A stretch of DNA of 64,000 nt. Origin: Pelagomonas calceolata (Eukaryota). The DNA is taken from the NCBI GenBank assembly GCA_918797485.1, contig CAKKNE010000003.1, forward strand, positions 2,046,001 through 2,110,000, read 5' to 3'. Position 1 is the first letter of the stretch, and every line of letters starts with the position of its first letter. Of the stretch, positions 38,690 to 48,531 are shown in pieces. Under the pieces are notes generated by a model. That model had not been told where the DNA came from. It made no database searches and was given only the letters and a program-made list of their open reading frames with translations. The translations under genes and the position numbers were made by a program.

Positions 38690-41600
38690 TCAGGGAGGAC
38701 TCGCGTTGCGCTCCCCGGGCGCGGGCGCGGGCGCCGGCGCCGGCGCGAGCGACAGCAGGTCGCTCTCGACGAAGGACGCCGACGCCGACCCCGCCGGCGA
38801 CCGCGGCGAGGGCTCCGGCGTGGGCACGGTGTTGTCGTATTTCACGGGAATCGGACTGGATGGCGGCGACGGCGGCGGCTCTATTACTTCAGAACCGGTC
38901 CAGGGTCCCGCGTAGGAGGGGTGGTCCGGGTTCTCGCAGTCGTACGAATACTTCTTGCTGTTGCGGTCGTCGGGGTCCGACAATCGCGGCGACGGGTCCG
39001 GCCCGTAGAACGTGTCCTGGACGCCCTGGGCGCGCAGTTTCTTCGGTATTCTAGCGATCGTTAACTGCAACCCACCCACCGGCGACGCTTCCACGATCAA
39101 GCGCTTGAGGATGTAGCGCGACACCGTCGCCTGGACCAGTTCCGGGTCCGTCATCCGAGATTCGTCGAACTCGATGAGCTTGATGATTTCCCTCGCACCT
39201 AAGTGCAATTTCGCGGTGTAGGACGTGACCGGATCGTAGGCCTGGATCACCAAGCCGTGGACCGCGGGCTCGCCCGGCGCTCGCGTCGTCACCGTAACCA
39301 CACAATCGCCACCGTGCGGCAGAGCCATGCCCTTGCGCATCACTAAGTCTCCCACAGTTTGTAAAGGTATAAAAGCCAAAGGCACGCCGTGGGGCCGGCC
39401 CTCGCCTTTTATTGGGTCCACTTTTATAGTGGTATCTAGACCTTGATAGGCAGATAACCAGGGCTTCTCGGGCTTGGCTTCTAGCGACAGGGTCATGTCC
39501 GGCAATGGTTCAGGCGCTTCCTCCTCCAAGTCCTTGACGAAGTCCGGGGCCTCCCTTCTTTCATTCCAGTCGCGCTCGGTTTTCAGTTGTTCGGGTGAGG
39601 GGACGTCTTTCAACCGCAAGTGGCGAATCAACCAGTCGATGGCCGCCTTGCGCGGCTCGCCCTGGGCGTGCTCGAGGCAAGGCCGGCCCATGCAGTGGCG
39701 CTGCTCGGCGCCCGTGATTCTTATTTCACACGCTCGCCGGATCCTAGGCACATAGACGTTAAAGTCCAGATCCAACTCCGTATCAATGGCGTGGAATACA
39801 CTGACCACACATTCCGTCCTCCCGACTCGTGTCGAGACTCGGAACAAGCGTCTCCTTTTGGATCGGCGATTAATCCGATCTTCCGCCTTCCTCGGCTTCG
39901 CGCCGTACTGCAACCGCCGATTCCGCTTGTCCTTGGTCTTGTCATGGAGGCGGTAGGGGTCGTCCTCGTCCTCCGTGAGGCCACCGTCGTAGTCGTGGAC
40001 GCCGTCGTCGTCGCCCATGGGCTCCGGCTCGGGACCGTGTAAGAGTGGTGCGGGCCGTCCGCCGGACCAGGGCAGGAAGCAGTCCGGCGGCGCCCGATGC
40101 GAGCACGACAACCGTAATCTCTTCGTGATAGCTAACGCTAAATCGAACCTATGCTTCGGGTTCGCTAATCTAAATGAAGGCGGCGTCCGGTTGGCCTTCG
40201 CACCGTAGTGGGCCAAAGAATCGGCGTCCTCCAGTTGTATAACTTCCCTGCACGCTTCCGGCGGTATGATGAACATGGTACGGTGCTTCGCCAGCGGGTT
40301 CCAGCACACAAACCTCAAATGAGGTAGGGGCAGGCCTTCGTCGAGACCCGACGGCGCGGGCGCCGGCGCCCCGGCGGGCGCTGGCGCCGGCGCCGGCGCC
40401 GGCGCCGGTCCTGAAGCGGGCGTCTCCGGTAATTCAAAGACGTTGACGTGGACCAAGGCGCCGTCGATGGCCTGCGCATGTCTCAAAATCTTCTTGCCTC
40501 GGTGTAAGGCGCCCTGGTCGAAGAGGCGATGCGCGTTCGCGTCCTCGTCATCAGACCCACCCAAGCCGAGAGGCGTCACCTTGAACCGCGCGTCGAAGAT
40601 GCGGTCGGTCGTCCACTTCATCGTGAAGCGATCTTCCTTCTTCACAAATTTATCGGTCTCCTCATCTACTAAACCTTCGCACAGAATCATCCGGTTCTTG
40701 ATCAGGTAGAGGATCATCTCTTCCTCTCTCTCCTGTGCAAGGAGGTGTTGCGCGTCCGGTCCGAGCGTCATTCTGAGATGCTTCAAATCTTCGATAATCG
40801 CACATTCGGCGCCCGACGTCGTATGTCGGTACGCTTCGAATCGCAACTGCCTCACGGCAACGCCCGACGTGTACTGCTCGAAGACCTTGACAAAGACGAG
40901 CTCCTTGGCCAGTCCCAAATCATCTACCGAAGGCCACGTCTCGGGCTCGAGCGGCTTTATAGATGTTCTGACACCTTGCTGGAAGATGAGGCGCATGTCC
41001 GTGATGACCGTTTCTTCTATTTCCGGAGGCGCCTCGGCCTCCGCGACCTCGATGGCGGCCGCCGGCGCTGGTGCTGGTGAGGGTGCGGGTGCTGGTGCGT
41101 CTGAAACCTCTTCAGGTGGAGGTGGTAGCTGACTCGGGTCGTCGAACCAGACCAACTGCGAAAAGTCGCCCTTCGGCGGTGGTGGTGGGAGTCGGTGTTC
41201 ATAAAATACAGTAGGAGGCGGTCTCCGGAACTTGACACTATGTTCCAATGAACCATCGTGCTCCTCGACGACTCGCTCCCTAGGATGGCCGAAGGTCGAC
41301 TGTTCGCCCGCGAAGCGTCGATGGAACGGCGCGTCACTCCCTTCTAACTCCTCGCGCGACGGCGGCCGTCTAGGTTTCAGTTTCAGAGGCGAGCCCTGTT
41401 TCTTCTTGCGCCGCAGTTCATTCGATACGGCCCTTAGTAGAACTTCGCCCGACTCCTTATCTCTAGTTAATCCATCAACCAGCTTCTGGATGCCTTCTTC
41501 TCTCGTATCTTTATTCCCTAGGACCGTAAAGACGGGCCTCGCTGGGTGCAGGTCCGTGTCCTCGAGCTCCCAGAGCTCGATGAGCCGCTCGCGCGTCACG

Positions 41601-44600
41601 CAGATCTCCGTTTGTTTGGCCGGTCGTAGCTCCATCACTTTGACAATCAAACCTTCCCCATCGCCGGCTTTCAGTTCTATCGTGAGTCGACACCGCAGAC
41701 CCTTGATCTTGCACGCCTTGTGGACGACGGTGCTGTCGAAGGTCACGCCGTCCTGATCTAAGATAGCGCCGCTGTCCGCCCCCGGGTGCTCCGTCGGCAG
41801 ATATTTTATCGTTCGTTCACCATCCTCTTCATCAGAATTGTAGCCTTCTAGCAAGCCCGAGACGCGCTTCCGTCGCAGAGATAATCTCTTGATGAGTGAT
41901 TCCCTCCAGAGACGCCAGTCGCCACCGATCGAATCCAACAGTACGGCTCGATGCGTGTCCGCCAAGCGCAACTCGCGCGTCTCCGCGGACATGGGGTCGT
42001 AGAGCACGATCCGCAATATTCGCTTGGCCGCACCGCCGGCCTCCATGACACTCAGAACAACTTTCATGTTCGAGATCGTGGCGAACTGCTTGAAGATCGT
42101 CCGGCCGGGGCCCTTGCACTGTCTCAACCGCAGCTTGAAGCCCGCACTCCGCTTGGCCCCGCCCGCGTCCTGCGAGGCCAATCGTAGATAATGAGATAAA
42201 GACCCCATGTCCTCGGCGGAGGCCTTCGAGGGCACGATCTCCATGCGGTCCGCGATGTAGGGCAGCATGGTCTCGGCGTCGTGCGACTCGAGCGCGGACA
42301 TCTCCCTTATCTTGGGATCCGCATTACCAGTGGCCACATCATGTAACAAATCCATGCCGACCGCCGTTTCCAATGATGCTGACCTTTCTGGCAGGTAGGC
42401 GTGCACTCTCAACTCCCCTCGCGCTTCCTCGTAGACTGTGAGCGTGCATAGGTAGCCCGAGATCCTTCGCGTTTCTCGCATGAGTCGTCGTAGTCTCCTA
42501 CGACATAGTAGTTGGGGCGGTGTGACCTTCTGCAGCTTCTTCGAGCGCGGCGGCTTCGCCAATAACGACAGCTTGGACTTTGCTACTGGTCTATTGGCTA
42601 ACGCCTGATTCGCGCCGCGCTTCACGACGAGTAATTTGACCAAGCGCGCGTACATCTCCTTGAGGGAGCGGGGTGGTAATTTTGCGGTGTGTTCCCGGTG
42701 CTCGATGGAATTCGGTGCTAGTAACCGATCGACATCACGTTCGTGGATAGACGTGACGAGACGAGTCGACGTCGACGGATCATAGGCGCTGAAGAAGATC
42801 CTACCACAATCATGAGCAACGTTGACGTTGTAGATGCAGTCCGGCGCGATCGTGCCGTCGTCGTGAGGTATTCTCGTTGATGCTAACTTAGCAGCACATC
42901 TATAACCTCGGCAGTCCTCCAAAGCAGCATCGAGCAACTGCGCCGACGCGGCCTTGTAGCCGCGGCCCGCCGCTTCCGACTCCTCCTCGAGCTCCGTGTG
43001 GCCATCCGACACGGTAACGACCGAAGACACCAGGTCGGGCGGTTCCTGCCGCGAGATCGTCGGCGCCGCACCACCGTTCTTCGCGAGGTAATCGCCCGCA
43101 CTCACGACGGCCTTGATCCAGTTGATCAGAGGCCCGAGAGCGTGTTCTACCGTCGGGCCGCCCGTGTCGTTGGAGACATAGGTGTCCTCGTCCGGAGCTT
43201 CGGGATCCGTGATGAGCGAAGCGCCCTCGTGCACAATAATCTCCGTGATGGGCCAGTTCTCGTGGGCGATGTATTCCTTGAGGACGAACAGTGTCTGGGG
43301 CGGGATGGTCGCCGCGTCGAAGTCTCTTAATTTGGCCACTAACTCAACAGGTCTCGCTAACAATCTTCGAGCAGCCAGCCAGGCCACGGCGGTCACCGTC
43401 CGGTCCGGACCTCGGAACTTTCGGGACCTCGTTAGCAATATGATAGCGGCCTCCATCGCTAAAGCATGACCTAAGGACGGCGGCCGCTCTTGGGTGCTCC
43501 ACGACGCTAGATTCTCAAGCGCTTCATTTTCAGTTAAACGCGCAAGATGCTCCGCCGCGTCCTGCAAGTCGCATTTCAAGTTCCGGTCGTGCATCTTATC
43601 TAGGTCTTGGATACTAACACCGTAGTGGCCCGAGGGACTCGGTGCGCACGCGCCTCGTCGGTTGCGCGCGTCGCCCAGCACCAAAATAACTCTGGGAGTG
43701 GGGAACAACGCCGCCTTGCAGAACGCCAACGCGTCGATGAACATGTGTCTACAGTCGTGGGCGACACCAGAGTCAACATCCGCCAAAACGGATTTACCCA
43801 CACTGAGAGGTGCTTGAAACGCCTCCGGATCAATACCCTGCGGCAGATCCGAACAAACGCGAACAAATTCGCCCTCGAGTTCGTTACATAGTCTATCGAC
43901 AATCTTCCGCTTGGCCACCGACGGAATGTCCCGCGCGACCAGCACGAGCAGAGGTCGAGGCCTCGGAGGCGGGCTCTTTTCGTGCTCCTCGAGCTCGTGT
44001 TCAGCCTTCGGCGGTCCCGTATCATCATCCAAAGCTTTCTCGTAGATCTCGATGCCCTGTTTGCGGACGTGAACTGCTCCTAACTGTTGAGCCAATTCCT
44101 CCTCGGCCTGTCTAGCTTTACGTTTTGCCTCCGCGGCCCGTTCCATGGCGAGTTGCGGCAGGAACGGCTCGGGCACGAAGCGCTTGTCGAGCATCAGCTC
44201 CTCGACGGCGCAGAACTCGTCCTCGCGGCAGTCTTCGGCCTTTTCCTCGTCCGTGGCGTCGAGCGCGGCGACGGGTTTTTGATCTCTGGCCCGCTCGTCG
44301 TCCTCCGTCTTGGTTATTTCACATTCTAATTCTTCCCGTACTCGTTTTAGCGCTTCTTCCGCGTCCCGCAGCCGCGTCGCGCAGTCGTCCATTTCGGCGT
44401 CGAAGGCCTTTAACTCAGCATCATCTTGCTCATTTAGTCTTGCTAAGTCACTTCCACGTTGTCGAGACCAGACCTGCTGCTGTTTATTGTCGATTGATGA
44501 GGCAGATGCTCTTACTGCTTTCGCGGCCATCTTTCGCACATGGGTCTCTCCTCCTCGCGCGCGGAACCACAGTAGCAGCTTCTCCTTGGCGAGAGCGGCG

Positions 44601-47600
44601 GCACACCGCGCTTCGCCGCAGGCCGCGGCTCGATACTTAACTTCCGGGGGCAGCTCGACCACAATCGTCTTTCGTCGCTTGGCCGCGACGGACGCGTTCC
44701 TCCGCACCAGCGCCAATTTCGCGCGAGCCTCCCGCTCGTCGATCCGAGCCTCGGTACAATCACCTCGCATTTTTGGGAGGCGAGATAAAGTGATAGTACT
44801 CCCGGACGTCCGGGCGTCGTGCATGGCCTGCGTCAACGCGTCGTCCGCGTACCTCACACGTTTGAGTGTTTGTTTACAGTCGGCGACGCGCTCGACTTCT
44901 TCTTCCCGGATCTTGATTTCGTCCCTCATACTATGAGCCGCCTCCGCGGCATCATGAGCATTGAGCTCGTCATCAGAAGCTTGGAACCGTAGGCGAGCTT
45001 GTTCTAAACAAGTGGACTCCACCGGAAACTTCTTACCTTCACTCTTCTTCTGCCTCAGGGCGGCCCCACACGCCTCGACGTCGTGCTTGTCGACTAGTTG
45101 CTGGGCTTGCAGCGTGCGTCTTCTGGAGGCACCGAGCCGTCGCCGTATCAACCAATTCGGCGTGCTTTCATCACCACCCAATTGCTCGAAGAAGTCGGCC
45201 TGCACCTCATACACAATTCGTAGGGACTGGACATATGTTAAAAGTTGGACACACGCCTTCCGGCCGACCACTACTCTCTCCATGGCTTCTATCGTCATCG
45301 TCGGGTCATTGTCGTAGGCTCGGAGGAGCTCTAGCGACTGGAGAGGTAGTGATAATAAACGAGGCGGCACGGAAGCGGGCCCCGCCGCCAGGAACCGTAG
45401 TCTCCGCAGCAGCCAGTTGCCCCGTCGCAACACCTTGACGGCCCCGGTCCACGACAGGTCGTTCCGCTCGACCTCCATGGGGTGCTTCGTCCCTATCGCC
45501 GTGTAGTCTGACAGTGTGGTGCCTAGGGCGCCGCCGCCGTCCTCGCTCAGCATGAGCATGACGATGCGGATGAGTCCTAATACAGCCGCCGGCGGGAAGG
45601 CTAGCCGAGCGTCGACCTGGGCCTCTTGGATTGCGGTTGCTAATTCTTTTAAGTCCTGGGCGAAGAGCTTTCTTACAGAAACTGCTTCCGCGGCAGCTAG
45701 GGCCTTCCTTCTTAATTCTTTCCGTCTCGAGACGCGTCGACGAGCCGATCTGCCCCTTTGAGCGGTCTGGATCTTAACGGCCGCCTTTTGCTGGTGGCTG
45801 CGTTCCCGCAACACATAATATCTAGCGCGAGCTTGCCTCCCGCGTGTAACTCTCTGTATATTATTCGCGGCGTACCTCGCGGTTCGTATCTTCTTCGCAT
45901 AGATACGGGATAACTTCCCGCGGATCCCCGCGGCGATGATCGTCGCCGCGCGCGCGTAGACCCGTCTTAATCGCTTAGCGTACAACCGTGCCAGCTTCCC
46001 GCGGACCATGCGAGTGATCGAGGTGGCCGACACGTCTTCGAGCGTGCGCGCCTTGCGCTCGTCCGCGGGATGGACGCCGCCCGGCGGCAACAACCGCCGC
46101 GCCCGCTCCAACTCCACGGCGCGACGCTTGTCCTCGATCTCGCGTTCACTCCTTTTGAGGGACTGCCTTTCTTTTTGTCTTTTTTCGTAGTCGTGCGTCC
46201 TTAGCTTGAAAGCTTGTTCTAACTCTTCAACGCGCTTCTCGGCCTTCCTGACGTCGTCTCTCAACTCCTGGGCGCGGCGCCGAGCCTCTTCCCTAGCGGC
46301 CTTGCCGCGCTGCGCTCGCTGGATCTCCGCGGCCGACTTCTTTTGTGTAGCAGCATCTCGCGCCGCGGCCTCCGCTTCCAAGCGATCCGCATCTCTTTCT
46401 AAGAGTTGGATCTCCTCCAAATCAGCCTTCATCTCGACTCGGACGGCTTTGGCCTCTCTTTCTAACCGAGAAGCTTCCCGTTTGAGTCGTCCGATGTCCG
46501 CGTCGAGAGCAGCACCTCTTGATCTACGAGTCGGTGCTCTTCTCCGACCCATCGTCGAGGCCGATTGCAGCGGCCCCAGCGCACCCGACGCGCGCATGGC
46601 GCCGCTCCGCGCGTTCTCCTCGTCCTGCTCCGACTTCACGGGTGCTTTTTGCGGGTCGTCGGCGATCGCCCTTCTAGACCATCTTCTTTTACCTTCTTCG
46701 ACTTCGTCTCCGGAACTTACATCTTGGTAGCCGATGCCGGCGGGGCCCGCGTAGGGCGCCATATGTTTAGGTGCCCGCGCCGGCTCGTCGAGCGGTCTAC
46801 CTCTATCCAACTCTAAACGTTTGCGATGTTCCTCCTCTTCTACTTGTAGAGCTGGTACTAACTGCCCGTCGTGGTTCCGCGCGAAGCGGCCTTCCCTGCC
46901 TTCCTCGTCGAGAATCACTAATTCAGCGGCTCGGACGCGCTTCAAATCAGCGTCACCAACTAAAACTTTCAGCGGTGCTGATTCACCTTTCCGTTGCGGC
47001 TTCTGCGGCTCATCTTCAACAATAACGCGAGTCTTCTTTTTCTTCGTATCCGTAGCTAGGAGAGCGGGATCATTGACCACCGGAGTCCTATAAGGTCCCT
47101 TCGTTTGTTTGGGCCGCACGCCCATGCCCGGTCGCGGACCTGTCATGGGGTCGTCGCCGTACAGGATCGAATCCTCGTCCTCCTCGTCCTGTGCGGGAAT
47201 CACGTCTCTCTCTGTGCTTGATAACGTACGATGGTCCAAAGGTAAAGGCATCAAAAAAGGGTTCCTTTGTAACGTAAAACCGGCCCACCTCCGTAATGCC
47301 GGTAGCAAGTTCAAATCATCGAGATCCGACGGTATTTTGAGTAAGTAATTAATCCCATTCCACAGGAACGGCATCGGCTTCCCGTCATCAGCGTCGCCGA
47401 TGGCCAAACGCCACCTCACGACGTGCTCGACGACTTCCGTCGTCGAGGTTCTTAACAAGTCGAACAGATCCCCGAGACCCTTGGGGACCCTTTTCAGATC
47501 ATTGGTCTGCAACCAAGAGTTGATGACGCTCTCGAGCCTCTTTAGGTAGCCCTCCCTTAACAAGATCGTCTTGAGCACTTCGAGCTCCTGGCCGGGCTCC

Positions 47601-48142
47601 TTGCCCGCCTTCGCCTGCCACTCCTCCTCAGGAGCAGGTGGTGGCGTTCTAGGGGATCTTCTCAAAGCAGTGGACGTCTCGCCCGTCAAAGGCCGTAAGC
47701 GCTCCGTGTTCGGCAGCGTGTCGCCCGGAGAAATAATAGGTGGGGCGCCGCCGTACGTAATCCCTCCTGATAATGTAGACAGCGTAAAGTTCGTCCGCGG
47801 CAGGTCCACGGCCGGCAGGGACCGCTGCCGCGTCGACCGCTCGGGCGTCCGCACTCTACCAGTAGTAGGCTCCGTCACGGGCTCTAACCGCCGCGGCGTC
47901 TTCGCGCGGCCCTGCTGCTGCCGCCCCGGCGCCGTCTTCGACAATTGGTCCTGCCGCACGCGGCGTGCTACTTCTTTTTGGCGGCGCCTGTACTGAGCCG
48001 TTTGCGCGCTCGGGCAGTACTTGTCGCCGCTGGGGTCGTAGTCGGGGATCCGCGCCCGCGTCGTGTCGAAGGTCGTCAGGTCGTCCCTAGCATCGGCGCC
48101 GACGGTCTTGGCCTTGTCCTTCTTGTCGGCGCGGCGGCTCAT
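38690..48142 (-). CDS. 3150-aa coiled-coil/IQ-motif protein with two dynein-stalk microtubule-binding-like segments (probably flagellar/cytoskeletal)
   Basis: Uninterrupted ORF. IQ-like IQRVTRGRQAR and IQTAQRGRSAR. MTBD-like PP...AMEAAIILL...W.AARRLL...LRDFD...I...LINWIKAV. Confidence 0.75.
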   Translation of the reverse strand: MSRRADKKDKAKTVGADARDDLTTFDTTRARIPDYDPSGDKYCPSAQTAQYRRRQKEVARRVRQDQLSKTAPGRQQQGRAKTPRRLEPVTEPTTGRVRTPERSTRQRSLPAVDLPRTNFTLSTLSGGITYGGAPPIISPGDTLPNTERLRPLTGETSTALRRSPRTPPPAPEEEWQAKAGKEPGQELEVLKTILLREGYLKRLESVINSWLQTNDLKRVPKGLGDLFDLLRTSTTEVVEHVVRWRLAIGDADDGKPMPFLWNGINYLLKIPSDLDDLNLLPALRRWAGFTLQRNPFLMPLPLDHRTLSSTERDVIPAQDEEDEDSILYGDDPMTGPRPGMGVRPKQTKGPYRTPVVNDPALLATDTKKKKTRVIVEDEPQKPQRKGESAPLKVLVGDADLKRVRAAELVILDEEGREGRFARNHDGQLVPALQVEEEEHRKRLELDRGRPLDEPARAPKHMAPYAGPAGIGYQDVSSGDEVEEGKRRWSRRAIADDPQKAPVKSEQDEENARSGAMRASGALGPLQSASTMGRRRAPTRRSRGAALDADIGRLKREASRLEREAKAVRVEMKADLEEIQLLERDADRLEAEAAARDAATQKKSAAEIQRAQRGKAAREEARRRAQELRDDVRKAEKRVEELEQAFKLRTHDYEKRQKERQSLKRSEREIEDKRRAVELERARRLLPPGGVHPADERKARTLEDVSATSITRMVRGKLARLYAKRLRRVYARAATIIAAGIRGKLSRIYAKKIRTARYAANNIQRVTRGRQARARYYVLRERSHQQKAAVKIQTAQRGRSARRRVSRRKELRRKALAAAEAVSVRKLFAQDLKELATAIQEAQVDARLAFPPAAVLGLIRIVMLMLSEDGGGALGTTLSDYTAIGTKHPMEVERNDLSWTGAVKVLRRGNWLLRRLRFLAAGPASVPPRLLSLPLQSLELLRAYDNDPTMTIEAMERVVVGRKACVQLLTYVQSLRIVYEVQADFFEQLGGDESTPNWLIRRRLGASRRRTLQAQQLVDKHDVEACGAALRQKKSEGKKFPVESTCLEQARLRFQASDDELNAHDAAEAAHSMRDEIKIREEEVERVADCKQTLKRVRYADDALTQAMHDARTSGSTITLSRLPKMRGDCTEARIDEREARAKLALVRRNASVAAKRRKTIVVELPPEVKYRAAACGEARCAAALAKEKLLLWFRARGGETHVRKMAAKAVRASASSIDNKQQQVWSRQRGSDLARLNEQDDAELKAFDAEMDDCATRLRDAEEALKRVREELECEITKTEDDERARDQKPVAALDATDEEKAEDCREDEFCAVEELMLDKRFVPEPFLPQLAMERAAEAKRKARQAEEELAQQLGAVHVRKQGIEIYEKALDDDTGPPKAEHELEEHEKSPPPRPRPLLVLVARDIPSVAKRKIVDRLCNELEGEFVRVCSDLPQGIDPEAFQAPLSVGKSVLADVDSGVAHDCRHMFIDALAFCKAALFPTPRVILVLGDARNRRGACAPSPSGHYGVSIQDLDKMHDRNLKCDLQDAAEHLARLTENEALENLASWSTQERPPSLGHALAMEAAIILLTRSRKFRGPDRTVTAVAWLAARRLLARPVELVAKLRDFDAATIPPQTLFVLKEYIAHENWPITEIIVHEGASLITDPEAPDEDTYVSNDTGGPTVEHALGPLINWIKAVVSAGDYLAKNGGAAPTISRQEPPDLVSSVVTVSDGHTELEEESEAAGRGYKAASAQLLDAALEDCRGYRCAAKLASTRIPHDDGTIAPDCIYNVNVAHDCGRIFFSAYDPSTSTRLVTSIHERDVDRLLAPNSIEHREHTAKLPPRSLKEMYARLVKLLVVKRGANQALANRPVAKSKLSLLAKPPRSKKLQKVTPPQLLCRRRLRRLMRETRRISGYLCTLTVYEEARGELRVHAYLPERSASLETAVGMDLLHDVATGNADPKIREMSALESHDAETMLPYIADRMEIVPSKASAEDMGSLSHYLRLASQDAGGAKRSAGFKLRLRQCKGPGRTIFKQFATISNMKVVLSVMEAGGAAKRILRIVLYDPMSAETRELRLADTHRAVLLDSIGGDWRLWRESLIKRLSLRRKRVSGLLEGYNSDEEDGERTIKYLPTEHPGADSGAILDQDGVTFDSTVVHKACKIKGLRCRLTIELKAGDGEGLIVKVMELRPAKQTEICVTRERLIELWELEDTDLHPARPVFTVLGNKDTREEGIQKLVDGLTRDKESGEVLLRAVSNELRRKKKQGSPLKLKPRRPPSREELEGSDAPFHRRFAGEQSTFGHPRERVVEEHDGSLEHSVKFRRPPPTVFYEHRLPPPPPKGDFSQLVWFDDPSQLPPPPEEVSDAPAPAPSPAPAPAAAIEVAEAEAPPEIEETVITDMRLIFQQGVRTSIKPLEPETWPSVDDLGLAKELVFVKVFEQYTSGVAVRQLRFEAYRHTTSGAECAIIEDLKHLRMTLGPDAQHLLAQEREEEMILYLIKNRMILCEGLVDEETDKFVKKEDRFTMKWTTDRIFDARFKVTPLGLGGSDDEDANAHRLFDQGALHRGKKILRHAQAIDGALVHVNVFELPETPASGPAPAPAPAPAPAGAPAPAPSGLDEGLPLPHLRFVCWNPLAKHRTMFIIPPEACREVIQLEDADSLAHYGAKANRTPPSFRLANPKHRFDLALAITKRLRLSCSHRAPPDCFLPWSGGRPAPLLHGPEPEPMGDDDGVHDYDGGLTEDEDDPYRLHDKTKDKRNRRLQYGAKPRKAEDRINRRSKRRRLFRVSTRVGRTECVVSVFHAIDTELDLDFNVYVPRIRRACEIRITGAEQRHCMGRPCLEHAQGEPRKAAIDWLIRHLRLKDVPSPEQLKTERDWNERREAPDFVKDLEEEAPEPLPDMTLSLEAKPEKPWLSAYQGLDTTIKVDPIKGEGRPHGVPLAFIPLQTVGDLVMRKGMALPHGGDCVVTVTTRAPGEPAVHGLVIQAYDPVTSYTAKLHLGAREIIKLIEFDESRMTDPELVQATVSRYILKRLIVEASPVGGLQLTIARIPKKLRAQGVQDTFYGPDPSPRLSDPDDRNSKKYSYDCENPDHPSYAGPWTGSEVIEPPPSPPSSPIPVKYDNTVPTPEPSPRSPAGSASASFVESDLLSLAPAPAPAPAPGERNASPP

Positions 48143-48531
48143 GGCTCTATGCCTCTGGGGCTGGCTCTTCCTTCTTGGGGCGCTGGGCTGCCTCCGATGC
48201 CCGTCCGCCGTCGAGCCGCAGACGTGCGCTTCGCCGGGCTAGCCCGAGGCCTGGCTCGCGCTTCGCAGGCCGGCGGCGTCTGGCGCTGGGCTTGGCAATG
48301 GGCAGCCCTACTAGCCTGCCGGGCCTGGGACCGGTGCGTTGAGTGGTCGGATCGCTGGCGAGCGGTCCTCGGAGCGAGAGTTGACTGTGGTATCGTAATT
48401 ATGTATAGCGTGCGGGGCTCTCGTGCGGGCGCGCGCCCGCAGCGCGCAAGAATTGCCAGTATAAATCTGCAGTAGTAGCTTGAGGATCGCCACCAAGGCA
48501 GCCCGGGACGGCGTGAGAAGGTTGGCACACA

